A stretch of 64,000 bases of DNA from Octopus vulgaris (GCA_951406725.2 OX597819.1:84010001-84074000); one strand, 5' to 3'. Shown: positions 12,236-24,667, counted from the first letter of the stretch. Translations and numbers: made by a program. The notes: a model not told the origin generated them from the letters alone.

Positions 12236-12929
12236 CATAAAAAAAAAAAAGAAGCATGCTAAAGGGTTTTTTTAATCACCCTGTACATAACATTGGATGG
12301 GCTTGTATGTGCATATAAATGTGTGTGCATGTGTATGTTTGTGTGTGAAGAGAATAATGTGTAATGTGACTGATCAGATTATAAGGAGAGTAATAAACAA
12401 GAGAAAGGTAGAGAAAGAAAGAGAGAAAAAAGTTGTTGGTTAACTAATACTAATAGAGAGGGAAAATGACAGAAAGAGACTGTCATATTAACTGCTACTG
12501 CCATTCTCACTTGTACTTCGATTGCCTCCTTCTGTGTTACAAGAAATTATCTAGATCAGTAATTGTTATCAATAATTATGCTGATTTTTCTGGTTGCCAT
12601 AGTACTGTTGGGTCTGTGTTTTTAAAGCAGTGAACTTTTCCTTAAATGAGCCACTCAATTAAGTAATGGAAGAGATGCTTGTTGTTAAACAGGCATGTTA
12701 GCACATGAAGAATAAGCTGCACTTTGTATACTGGCTCTGGTAAGGTTGGAACTCTGTAGCATGTGATCAGTGGGCTAATACCTAAACTGATAACTGCTGT
12801 ACCTATAATGCTTTACAAAATTGGACTAATCACTATGTAGCAAAATTGTTTTCTTTTTTTCTTTCTGTAGTAATTTAGAAAGATGGTTAGTAAATGTAAA
12901 TTCAAAGAAATTATGATAGAAATGGGTTT

Positions 12930-13260
12930 ATCATAGACCTACTGTAGAGTGAATATGCTGTGTCCAGGATGGAAGCTATACTGTTCTTTGGCTAGCTTGG
13001 GCTCGACCATTTCCCTACATCTTTTTTCCAGACATCTAGGAAGCTCAACAAGGAGATTCTGTGATAATTAGAATACTCTTTCTTGTCTCTCTTTTTAAAA
13101 GTTGGGATTAACAGCTTGGATTGCCATTGCTTTGGTGACTTTCTAGAAGTCCAGGTCCCCTGGTGTAAATGAACCAGCCACAAAATACCTTCTCTATTTA
13201 AGGCTTTTAACATATCAGGCTGAATTTCATCCATCCCAGTGGCCTTGCCACATTTGAGTG
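12930..13260 (-). mobile_element. RTE-clade LINE (Rex3/Expander-like) RT N-terminal fragment
   Basis: GKATGMDEIQPDMLKALNREGILWL..W..PKQWQSKLLIPTFKKRDKKEYSNYHRISLLS, the typical KAPGxDEIxPEMLKAL...NYRGITLLS block. Confidence 0.85.
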
Positions 13261-13544
13261 AACATATGATTAGAATGCTGCAGCAAAAAATTACAAGACA
13301 GATTCTTCAAACTCAGCCAATTGACAGTAGACCAAGAACAATTAGGCTGGATAATATCCATAGTCTCAGTTGGTCATACTTGGGAATCCGGCCAGAAATG
13401 TAATGATATTTGATTTTGATTGGACTCAATAGAGGAGGTTCCTGAGGACTCTACTCCCATCATCCTTCCAGGAATGGTGGGTGGAGAAGATGAATGGATG
13501 GTTCATTGTGTATGTTTTTATCAAACATACAGTATATATATACA

Positions 13545-13925
13545 ATGAAAGCTACACCAATGTCAGAACGGGACGACACTGCATAGCGCCAAAGATCCCA
13601 GCAATGCCATCACGCTTCAGGACCAGTTACTGCAACAGCCTGGGTTTCAAGGGCCCACAGCTTTTTAATATTCTCCCAAAGAGTCTGAGGAACTTGCACA
13701 AAGTAGATGTAGGGGTTTGTAAATCAAAGCTGGACCTCTTCCCGTCAAGAGTCCCAGATGAACCTACCTCATGGCAAGAGGTGCAAAAGAGGGTAGCTAT
13801 ATCAAACTCCATTCTTCACCAAGTGCCACATATTAGAGGAGGCTCTTAGTAATAACAGTGTAGTAAAACGGCGGTGCATCAGCATGGTTGCAGCTCTGAA
13901 CTGAAATTAGAGAGAATAAAAAAAA
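13545..13925 (+). mobile_element. CR1-group LINE 3' end (ORF2 C-terminus, short 3' UTR, tail)
   Basis: ESYTNVRTGRHC...NSLGFKGPQLFNILPKSLRNL...KSKLDLFPSRVPDEP...NSILHQ, stop at 13849, then a ~60-nt tail ending gagaataaaaaaa. Confidence 0.85.
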
Positions 13926-13939
13926 TTTATATATATATT

Positions 13940-14140
13940 TATTACTTGTTTCAGTCATTTGACTGTGGCCATGCTGGAGTACTGCCTTTAGTCGAGCAAA
14001 TCAACCCCAGGAGTTATTCTTTGGAAGCCTAGTACTTATTCTATCGGTCTCTTTCCCCGAACCGCTAAGTAACGGGGATGTAAACACACCAGCATCGATT
14101 GTCAAGCAATGTTGAAGAGACAAACACAGACACACAAACA
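13940..14140 (-). mobile_element. SINE family 1, 3' half
   Basis: Reverse complement of 10620-10815. Confidence 0.9.
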
Positions 14141-14684
14141 CACACATATATGTATATATATTATGCATATATATATTATGTATATATTACATATATATAT
14201 ATATATATATGCATGCATCCTACAATCATCTCATGCACAGCTTCCAAAATATGGTTTCACATATGTCTAGGTGAAGAATTTTCTCCGAGGATTATCTCTG
14301 CAGTCTTATCACATCTGAATACACTCAGACCCAGATGAATACTTTATTTAACATTGCTTTGTACAACATTATTATTTTAAATGATTACAGGCTAAGTTGT
14401 ACAGTATGATGTATTAATATGAAATATTTTGTAATTGAATGACAGGCTCAGTTTTTGTAGGTGATAAAACAGAACAATTCAGGAATTCATATCTTCTATG
14501 ATACAATGACATCATTCATAACCCAGAAAATGTTTTCGCACTTGTCCAGGTGTGAAATTCCTCCCAGGGCTATCTCCATAGTGAAAGGTCCCAATACATT
14601 TGAACATATTAAATATGACTTGCCATGAATATCTTTTTATTCAAGGCTTGTTTGTACAACATTGCATCTGTTTGCCTGTCTGTC

Positions 14685-14975
14685 TTTTCCACCTTCATTC
14701 TAGGGAGTAGAGTCTTAATTTTTTCAGCCTTTCCCAGTTGCTGATAAATTGTATTCATATAATCTTCTTTGTGTAGCTTTACTGGATTGCTTCAAGTTCC
14801 ACCATTAATTTTACAGTGTGGTGACCAAAGCTGGGAGCAGCTGAGGATATATGTCCTCTAAAAGACCATCATAGTTTCCTGTTCTCTTGTTCTGTCAGTT
14901 TTAAGGATCCATACAGCCAGCTGTCTGCATTTTATTGCCAGCTTAGTAATATGCACCTGGAAAGATGCACCAGTT
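14685..14975 (-). mobile_element. CR1-group LINE ORF2 fragment
   Basis: SFQVHITKLAIKCRQLAVWILKT.RTRE..MMVF*RTYILSCSQLWSP...ELEAIQ.SYTKKI...NWERLKKLRLYSLE. Confidence 0.8.
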
Positions 14976-15009
14976 ATACAGGATCTCCTTGATTGTGTCA
15001 AGAACGATG

Positions 15010-15292
15010 AAAACTATTTGAAAACTTTGCATAGGCCTCTCAGTAGGTATCGCCAAGCTTTTGGCAAAATTTGATGCAGATTCTCAGCACAACTTTTTCT
15101 GTCATGGTCAATGTGATGAACACACGCTACACCTGTTACTTCCAAGCACTGCTGTAAACAACAAAAGTGAGCTAGAATGTTAAAACTTATTGTGCATACA
15201 AAACAGAGATCAATGTCAATCTGTGCCAAGCAACTTCACTCCCTGTGCTTTAGCTTCATTACATTCCAGATACTTATTGACAAAATGTGTGT
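15010..15292 (-). mobile_element. mariner transposon 5' end remnant
   Basis: MTEKVVLRICIKFCQKLGDTY*EAYAKF (mariner HTH start, cf. EQRxCIKFCxKLG). Decayed TIR gatacttattgacaaaatgtgtgta at the right end. Confidence 0.7.
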
Positions 15293-15514
15293 ACATATGT
15301 TTGTATATCACCGTGATCACTGTGACCGACCAGGCTATCAGATGTTGCTACACATCGTTGGTCACAATGTGCTTCGCATTGTTTTAGCCTTCAAATGACG
15401 CCACCCCGCTGGCTAAGCGAGCAGGCCAATGTTTGTATATATACATATATATATATGTATGTATATATACATATATATGTATAATTGTATGTATGTATAT
15501 ATATATATATATAT

Positions 15515-15740
15515 CATCATCATCGTTTAACATCTGCTTTCCATGCTAGCATGGGTTGGATGGTTCAACTGGGGTCTGGGGAGCCCGAAGGCTGCACCAG
15601 GCCAGTCAGATCTGGCAGTGTTTCTACAGCTGGATGCCCTTCCTAACGCCAACCACTCCGAGAGTGTAGTGGGTGATTTTATGTGCCACCGACACAGGTG
15701 CCAGACGAGGCTGGCGAACGGCCACGCTCGGATGGTGTTT
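15515..15740 (-). mobile_element. RTE-type 3' tail (LINE 3' UTR or RTE-mobilised SINE)
   Basis: Minus strand GGTTGGCGTTAGGAAGGGCATCCAGCTGTAGAAAC...GCATGGAAAGCAGATGTTAAACGATGATGATG. The same motif and (GAT)n tail recur at ~11730, 28060 and 39-43.6 kb. Confidence 0.75.
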
Positions 15741-15771
15741 CTTATATATATATACATATGTATAATATGTA

Positions 15772-17071
15772 CAGGGTGTGGTGAATAAATTGTCATCTAA
15801 ATTATGCAAAAATGAAAACATGTCTTACATCTCATTTTAACAGATATATTTACCAAAATTATGTGAAAATATCTTGAAATACTAAACAGTAAATCTATTC
15901 AATAAAATCTCTATTGGCTTCAACCACAGCCTCCAGACAACTTCGGAATCTCCTGCAACTCTTCTAAATGGTCACCTTGTTTAAGTTTGTGAATGCTGCC
16001 ATAATCCTTGCCTTCAGTTCAACTTTGGTGTTACAAGGAGTTTTGGTGGTCTCTCGCTCAACTGTGCCCCACACATAATAATCAAGAGGTTTGCAATCTA
16101 GGGGGTTAGGTGGCCAGATGGTAAGGGTGATGTGGTCGCAGAAATTGTCTGACAGGTATAATTGGGTTCTCCTGCTTGTGTGACATGGTGTAGAGTCCTG
16201 TTGCTAGACACTGTCTTCCAGCAGCCATGCTCTTCACCTAGGGCAACACTACCTCCTCTAGGCACTTGATGTAGGCCTCCGTATTGAGTCTGAGGCCGTA
16301 TGGGAAGATGACTAGAGGTATAACATTGCCATCACTAGTGATCACTCCAAACACCATGATGTTGACTGGATGTTTGCGCTTTACCACTCTCGGTACATGT
16401 TTTTGGGACACAGCAAGCCAATGGTTGTTCTGTGTGTTCACCATCTGATCTTGGCAGAAATTTTTATCATCTGAGAGAAACCAAAACATGTTCAGTTGGA
16501 AGGGATGCTTGAGTTTGTTCAAAAGCTTTTTAGCGCAGTTTTTCCTTGTCCTGGATGGGTTGGGATAAAAATTTTACCTTTCTCTCTGGTATGAAGAATA
16601 GCTAATGTCTTCATGCATTACCTGCCTAATAAGATACTCAGATACTCCCATATCCCTGGTGATGGACCTCGTTGAATTGGAGGAATTGTTGTCAATCATG
16701 GCCTGGATCTCACCAATAAATTCAGGAGTTCTTTTCTCATCAGCACAATCAGAGCAAGTTTTCTGAGCTGCCATACCTTCATAATCACCATTAGACTCAT
16801 CCAACTCTTTCTGAATCCTCTGCACTATCCTCAGATTGACATGTAAACACTCTGAAATGTTTGTATTGGAGTTCCCAGTGTTAATACCAAGCAGTACAGC
16901 ATGTTGTTTCGTAATTTCTGGTTGAGTGAATTGTGCCTTGGCGCTGTTTTTTTTCACAGACAGTGCCCAAATGATGCTACTATACTGTGTAGTCAACAAA
17001 ATCACAAACAAACAATGCACATGTGCGAAATCAAAAATATAAAATGGGGACAATTTATACATCGCACCCTG
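15772..17071 (-). mobile_element. Full-length (1.3 kb) Tc1/mariner DD37D (maT) transposon, transposase pseudogene
   Basis: TA flanks on both sides. 23-bp TIRs CAGGGTGTGGTGAATAAATTGTC / CAGGGTGCGATGTATAAATTGTC (3 mismatches). Minus-strand FLSDDKNF...MVFGVITSDG...QQD-37aa-DYYVWG (counted: QQDSTPCH...WPPNPLDCKPLD). Stops and frameshifts. Confidence 0.93.
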
Positions 17072-17073
17072 TA

Positions 17074-17403
17074 TAAATGTATGTATACACACACATACAC
17101 ACACACACACACATATACATATATATACATATGCATGTATATATACATATATATGTATGTATATATATGTATATATACCTATATATGTATATATACATAC
17201 ACATGTATATATACATGCATATGTATATATATATATGTGTGTGTAAGCATATCTATATATGTGTGTATATATATATGTGTGTATGTATATGTATGTGTGT
17301 ATGTATGTGTGTATGTATATAAATATGTATGGTTATGTATATATATATAAATTTGAATATGTATGTATATGTATATATATAAATATGAATATGTATGGAT
17401 ATG

Positions 17404-17445
<42 letters not shown>

Positions 17446-17588
17446 TGAATATGTATGTATATGCGTATATATATATATACGTATATGACTATGTATGTAT
17501 ATGTGTATATATATATACATATATATATATACATAAATATGTATGAATATGTATGTATGTGTGTGTACATATATATATATATATATAG
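17074..17588. repeat. Long compound (CA)/(TA)/(TATG) microsatellite
   Basis: ~500 bp of alternating purine-pyrimidine repeats. A similar block with (GATA)n/(GA)n lies at 18330-18672. Confidence 0.95.
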
Positions 17589-18560
17589 GTAAATGGTGCA
17601 TTACTTATTTGTCATCTTCTTTAATGAGAATAAACTTTGATTGCCTAATAGAAGCTAGAAGGTATTGTACAGCTTTTGCCTCCTCATTGTATTTTCTAGC
17701 AGCTGCTATTTGCCGTATATCACTTTCAAATAAAATAGGACATTTTTATTTCATTCATTTTCTCCCTCTAATTCAAGCATCTGTCCCAGATGCTGTTTAC
17801 TCCATTCTCGGGAACTGTATTGAAATAATGTTTTATCCCTTCTGAGTCACCATACTGCTTTGTTGCTGAAAGTTTACTGGAATTAACATCGCTCTTATGC
17901 TGCTTCTTACAGAAAATGAAGCCACGCCCATGTCGTACAGTCACAAATAATTTCACAAAGAAATCTCCCTTGATATTTTCCTTTTTATCTGCGTTTTGAA
18001 GATAATGCATTAATGCAGTTGTAGAGACATAGAGCCTTATGTGGAAATCTTCATTGCCATCTGTTGGGTTTGGTTGCACACTGTTATATTAGTATGGAGA
18101 AGTGTATATATTTTCACATCAGTGTTTGTGAAAACATTGCAATTTGAAATGTTGTGAATAATAGTTAACATCTAGATTATAAAAGAGTACTGGTGGAATA
18201 TTTATACAAATAAGTATGACTGTATTTTCCTGAAAAATGAACGAAAACTAAAACAAAAACAAAAATAAACCAGAAATAAAGAAAACAAACCTCTCCTCCC
18301 CTCAAAACCTTGGTAATAATGGTTATGATACATACATAAATACATACATGCATACACATATGTATATATTTATATACATACACATGCACATCACACACAC
18401 ACATATATATAATATACACACACATACATACATATAATATACATATATATATACAAACATATATGCATACACATGTAATATATATATATATATATATATT
18501 TATGCACACACATGCAAATACAACTATATATATATATGAGTGTGTGTGTGCATGTGTAGG

Positions 18561-18672
<112 letters not shown>

Positions 18673-18825
18673 GTGATGCAAATAAACAAATGAAGACATT
18701 TGGGCTTGATCTATAAAATATATATAGATATTTGTATGTAAATATATACAAGAATATGTATAGACAGAAATGAAAACTAAATATTCAAATGGTAAATACT
18801 TATGTATAAGCATATAGACATTTCT

Positions 18826-19160
18826 ATATTTGCAGACAGATTTATACAGAGTACAAAAGATATAGAAAACTAAAGGGAGAGGGCATATTATATCAAATCT
18901 GATGACTGTTTCAGGTAGTTCAGAATTATGTATCAGTTGTAATGTTGGTAGATGGAGATACCAATCTTCTCACCCTGAAGATGGAGGCCAGATTTATGGA
19001 TTTTATGCATCCACTACTGGTTGCATATTCCACCTAACAACATTACAACTACTATGTAATTCTGAGCCCCCAGAAACAACTGTCAGACCTGATATACCAT
19101 GTTCTCCCCTTTTAGTTTTCTGTATCTTGAGTACTCCATCTAAATCTGCTCTGCAGATAT
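18826..19160. repeat. ~335-bp imperfect inverted repeat (fold-back), Penelope-type repeat
   Basis: Left arm 18826-18968 pairs with the reverse complement of 19018-19160, e.g. gtacaaaagatatagaaaactaaaggg / gtactcaagatacagaaaactaaaagg and tcagaatta..ta..agttgtaatgttg.tag.tgga. Confidence 0.85.
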
Positions 19161-19544
19161 ATATAATATATATGTGTATAACACACACACACACACACAA
19201 GGGGGGCCCCCAAAAGCAACCAGAAACATTCTCTGTGGGACAAAGCCATTGTAGTTCAGCTTTTCACTGCTAGAAGCCACTTGATGCAACCCTCAGGCAT
19301 TAGTCTTCTGACTGGCATCAACCAGTGAGGTCATAATGCCACATGATGCATCTTTGTTTTGCAGTGCTTCTCCCATGTTCATCGATTTTTGGGATGGCTG
19401 AAACAAAGGAAACACACACATATATACACACAAACAGAGGTGTATATGTGTAGACTGGTAGGCAGGCATACAGATGGATAATTGAAGTAGTTCGTACGTG
19501 TGTGATAATATAATTAAGCTTTGACTCATCTCAGATAATGCTAC

Positions 19545-21310
19545 AACAATGTTAGTTCTGCATATGCTCCATAACTTGGGCTGTCAGATGAACAGAAGGA
19601 CCATTTCTATGAGACCCTCATGTAGACAACTTTGGTCATAACTAACAATAACTTCATTATAGTGGGTGACTTCAACAGACATGTTAAGCAGCACTTTGAT
19701 GGATTCCATTATGTGCATGGAGGTTGTGACATTGGTTTGTGGAGAAGTAGGAAAGAAGATACCTGGATACTTATGTGGTACTAATGGCTTGATAATTCAT
19801 AACACTATGTCAGGAAAGTATCCAGTCACCTGATTAACAGCTAATCAGATGAAATCACAAGCTAAAAAGATCTCATTCTTTCCAGAAAATAGGATCAATA
19901 CATGGTTGTGAGTATTAAGTCTTTCTCTGGTGAAACACAGCTCTGAATATCAGTTAGTGATTAATGACTTCAGAGATAGAACTACAAGAACTCAGAGACA
20001 CAAAGCAGTATGGCAAAGGAACATTAAATCTATTGAACAAACTGAAACTGAGAGAAGTTGTAGGTGAAGCATTTTATGAGAAGAAGGAGAAGATGGGGAA
20101 TTTTAGCATAGAGGACAACTGGGAGTACCAATGGGACAACCTTCTGAGGGCTACAGATCAAACATGTTGGTGGAACAGTGAGGTAGATAGAACCATAAAA
20201 GGGAAGAGATATGAAAAGATTAAAAGAAATGGGGTAGCACAGAACTATAACTAGAAGAGAAGCAATGTAGCAGATGTTCTTACCAGAAAATAAGAGGTTT
20301 GCCAAAGTTCCACAGAGTAAGGATCAGAGGCATGAACTGTTTCTATTTGTAAAGCAGTGTACTTGAGAGAACCAAAGAATTGTTGAGGAGGAGAAGTGAA
20401 TCTTGATGGATAGTAGCAACTTGCTGTTACTGACATTGAAAGAAAGAGCTAGGGAAGTATTATGAAAAACTGTTAAGTGTGAAGGAAGCATGGAAGAAAT
20501 GGTACCTTCTCATGGTAGGCTCAACAGAAGGACTAGCCAATCAAGTTGACAGTAGTATGAAAAATAGAACAACTAAGGCTATGAAGCAGGTATAGCACCT
20601 GGTGGCGAGCTGGCAGAAATATTAGCACGCCGGGCGAAATGCGTGGCCGTATTTCGTCTGCCGTTACGTTCTGAGTTCAAATTATGCCGAGGTCGACTTT
20701 GCCTTTCATCCTTTCAGGGTCGATAAATTAAGTACCAGTTATGCACTGGGGTTGATATAATCTACTTAATCCGTTTGTCTGTTTTTGTTTGTCCCCTCTG
20801 TGTATATCCCCTTGTGGGTAGTAAAGAAATAGGTATAGCACCTGGTCCACTAGGAATTACTGTCAAGATGCTTAAAATATCTCGCTGTATAGGGTATGGG
20901 ATAGTCACCCACATAGTCAATCAAAGAGTATAGGGATGTGACACTCAGTGACTGGCATAGCAGCTTCATTGTCAACTGATTCAAAAAAGAGAAGTTTTAA
21001 ACATGTAATTATGGAATTATCAAATTACTAGACCAAGTTATGACAGTTACAGAAGGGATTTGATCAGGGAGTAGCCTAGATAAGATGCTCTGTGACTATT
21101 GCAAAGTAGGACAACTGCAGAAGTACTTGACTAAGAGTAAGCCACTGTACCTTGCATTCATCAGCCTTGTGATATGCTCTGGCAGGGTCCTTCATTTGGT
21201 GATTTGGTTGTTATTGAGGAAGCTGGAGGTAGACAAATGACTTTTAAGTGCTATACAAGCCATGTACAGTGGTGCAGTCACTAAGGTGAGAGTAAGCAAT
21301 GAGTACAAGG
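19545..21310 (+). mobile_element. RTE-clade LINE remnant (APE endonuclease to RT N-terminus), interrupted by a SINE
   Basis: VSSAYAP*LGLSDEQKDHFYE...IVGDFNRHV...DGFHYVHGG (APE), then MKQGIAPG|PLGITVKMLK, IKLLDQVMTVTE, KYLTKSKPLYLAFI, LRKLEVDK*L..IQAMYSGAVTKVRV. Confidence 0.9.
20604..20830 (+). mobile_element. tRNA-derived SINE family 2, complete, with 16-bp TSD
   Basis: Exact TSD AGGTATAGCACCTGGT at 20588-20603 and 20831-20846. B-box-like GAGTTCAAATT. Other copies at ~21315, 22520, 28780, 29335 and 45460 (-) and 37405 (+). Confidence 0.93.
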
Positions 21311-22074
21311 GGAAAGGGATTAGTCAATAAAATTGACCCTATAATTTGACTGGTACTTTATTTTAACAACCCTGAAAGGATGGAAGGCAAAGTGGACCTC
21401 AATGGGATTTGGCCAGAATATAAAAAGCTGAAATAAAAGAATTTTTCTGACACATGAATGATTCTACATTCTACATTGCTGTTAATAATGAAATCTATCT
21501 TACATGAACATCCCATACTGAATTTTCAAGTATTTTATTCTCTCAATTTATTTTGAAAGCTTTTACTATTTTTATATTAATATTCACATTTTGTTGCACA
21601 TAGCTTCACATTTTTAGTTTATTAATTTTTTTTTATGTGGATTTGCAGAGATTTTATTTCAACATTTTCTTCATGCATTCACATGCAAATTTTTACCTAG
21701 TAAATTTAAATGTTTTTCAGAACTGTTCTGCTATCAACAAACAGATTACTTATTTGGCAATCATGTAAAAGTTCTGTTTCATGTGAAATATGAAAAAATA
21801 TTTACACTACTTTCTATGTTTGGAATCATTTCTAAACAACATGTTTAAAGAATAAATAATTAATTGCTTTATATATGTATGGGTTTACATTACTCAAAAA
21901 CACATTAGTTCAAAGCATACTGCTTGAAAGATAAATTGGCAAAAAAGTATATTTGTAGTAAGACACATTTTCATCATTTAACATCTGTTCTCCATGCTGT
22001 CATAGGTTGGACATTCAGAAAAAAACAAATTGGTAATGTATAAATCAATGAATAAATCTTACTTTTATTTTTAT

Positions 22075-22339
22075 CTTTTACTTGTTTCAGTCATTGGACT
22101 GTGGCCAAGCTGGGGCACTGCTTTAAAGGGTTTAGTCCAACAAATCATCCCCAGTAATTATTTTTAAGTCTGGTACTTAATCTATCAGGTAAACAAATCA
22201 AGATCAGTTGTGTGGGCTGGCGACAAGCACAATCACACACACACACATGTATGTATGTGATGAGTTGCCTATACAGCTAAGTGCCTTATAAGTGTGAAAC
22301 TAAAGGTCACTCTCTGACCGGCCATAACAAACAGCTTTC

Positions 22340-22388
<49 letters not shown>

Positions 22389-22745
22389 GACAGCCTTCCA
22401 CATAGCTTCCATTTACTAAATTCACTCAGATGGCATTGGTTGGCCCGGGGCTATAGTGGAACTCACTTGCCCAAGGTACTGTGCAGTGGGACTGAACCCA
22501 AAACTTTCTTAACTGTACTTTTCTACTCTAGGCACAAGGCCTGAAATTTTTGAGGAGGGGGCCAGTCAATTAGATTAACCCCAGTACACAATTGGTACTT
22601 AATTTATCAACCCCTGAAAGGATGAAAGGTAAAGCCGACATTGGTGGAATTTGAACTCAGAATGTAAAGACAGACAAAATGCCATTAAGCATTTCACCCA
22701 GTGTGCTAGCATTTCTGCCAGCTTACTACCTTAGCTTCTTAACTA
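22075..22745 (-). mobile_element. SINE family 1 copy with a nested family 2 SINE
   Basis: Family 1 tail at 22075-22250 and head at 22385-22505. Family 2 copy at ~22515-22732, bracketed by cttcttaact-like repeats (22506/22736). Confidence 0.75.
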
Positions 22746-23594
22746 TACTGCCATGCCTAAATCATATCAAGGAAAGCAAGGTGTAATTTGTTGAAATTTT
22801 AATATTTTCCAAAGAAATTGTTAAAAAAATTGTAAAAATGTAATGCAATGATTTATTGATATTTGAATTTATCATTATATAATGTTTTAAAGTTCTAAAA
22901 TTTAGAAGTTATACAAATCAGGATTAATTATAATGTACACAGTTTGATGTCAAGTTTAGGAATTTATTTCTGATAACCATAAACCATAACTATTTACGTC
23001 ACAAAATCATTTTAGAAAAATATGCTGAACACACAATTACTAATTGAGGTCAGCTGCAAGAGTATTAGTACTATTATCCATTGAATTGTTCTGATTGTGT
23101 GCCTGTATTAGAAATAATTAATACAAGGGTGTTGGGTGGAGAAGCTATGAACTTGTAGAGCATATAGCACTGCGTTACGTTCTTTTAGTTTCTAGAATCA
23201 AATCTTATCAGGTTCAACTTTGCCTGTCATCTTCAATGGATTGATAATATAAGCAACAGTCAAATTATTAGGTCTTCTCATAAAATTTGTGGTTGCCTGC
23301 CTCTTTTAGAAATCATTATCATTGCTAGTAAAGCAGTGAGAGGATTTACATATTTATCTATTTTGTGATGGATGTGTTATATGTAACACACCCATACATA
23401 AAAAAAAAAATGACAGTATTTTCTGGAATCCAAGTCAATGTAGTATGATATGCAAATATTCAAATATCATCACTGTCTTTCCAAATCATGCTGCATTTCA
23501 TATAGAATTTTTGGTCATCATAAGTTGACCTATAATTTTTGGGCTGTAAATTCTGATTTGAAAATTTCAACTTGTGTTTTATGTTTTATTGTTA

Positions 23595-23920
23595 ACTTGT
23601 TTCAGTCACTAGACTGTTGCCAAGCTGGGGCACCACATTGAAGAGTTTTTAGTTGAATGTATCAACCCCAGTATTTATTTTCTTATAAGCCTGATATGTA
23701 TTCTATTGGTCTCTTTTACTGAACTGCCAAGTTATGGAGATATAAACACACCAGCACCGGTTGTCAAGCAGTATTGTGGAGACAAACACAGACATAAAGA
23801 CGCACACACACACATGATGAGCTTCTTTTAGTTTCCATCTATCTAATCAACTCAGAAGGCTTTGGGGAACCATGTGGTTGGGAAGCAAGCTTCTTACGAC
23901 ACAGCTACACCTGCACCTAC
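23595..23920 (-). mobile_element. SINE family 1 (internally deleted)
   Basis: acttgtttcagtca...acacaccagcaccggttgtcaagc...ggaaccatgtggttgggaagcaagcttcttacgacacagctacacctgcacc. Confidence 0.85.
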
Positions 23921-24667
23921 AATGCTGGAAAATGCAGTAAAATATTTTTTTGTGTAAAAAATGATCAATTCTTATGATTTTAAAATAATATAATATAATA
24001 TAATATAATATTGTATTTAAAAAAACTAAGCTGACATTAAGTTTTCAAATACTTGTATGATTTTCTATGATAATGTCTTTCTGTGAATATTTTCTGATGC
24101 ATTTGATGTTACATGGTATGTTTTTGATTAGTTTGTCTTTCTACAAATGCCTATCAAATGACTTGTCTTTCAGCCAGTATCCTTTGAATGAAAATGTTTT
24201 TGACTGATATCTTTTCAATGAGAATTGACTTAAGACTAAACAGCAACAACTATACTATTAACAAGAACACTATAACCACTGCCACCAAAAATACCTTCTC
24301 CCATTCACCAAAACCAAAACAACCAGCATCATCACCACAACAAAGCTATTAACTTTTGAATGACCTAGTGGAAACACCAATAATAGCATGAGTATCATAG
24401 CAATGTCTGTAGCTATCTATGTTGTATGTAAATGCAATGGGGTATGTGTGAATGGGATAATTCTTTAATTAACTGTAATTCTGTTGCATTTTTTCCTACC
24501 TCACTTCTTCACCTTTGCATCTCATTTCCACTTTTACATTCGTAAAAATAAGACAACAATTTTCATTCACACAAAGCACTTCTTTCTGGTGCCACTTCTT
24601 TCCTTCGACATATTTGTAGTGGATAATTGTTGATTGCCATCACTGTTTTATTTACTTAGAATTTAAT

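Noticed and set aside
18970-19085. Hammerhead ribozyme (CTGAAGA...GAAA)
   Set aside because: The core motifs are ~90 nt apart and I could not build stems I-III by eye. It needs a covariance-model search.
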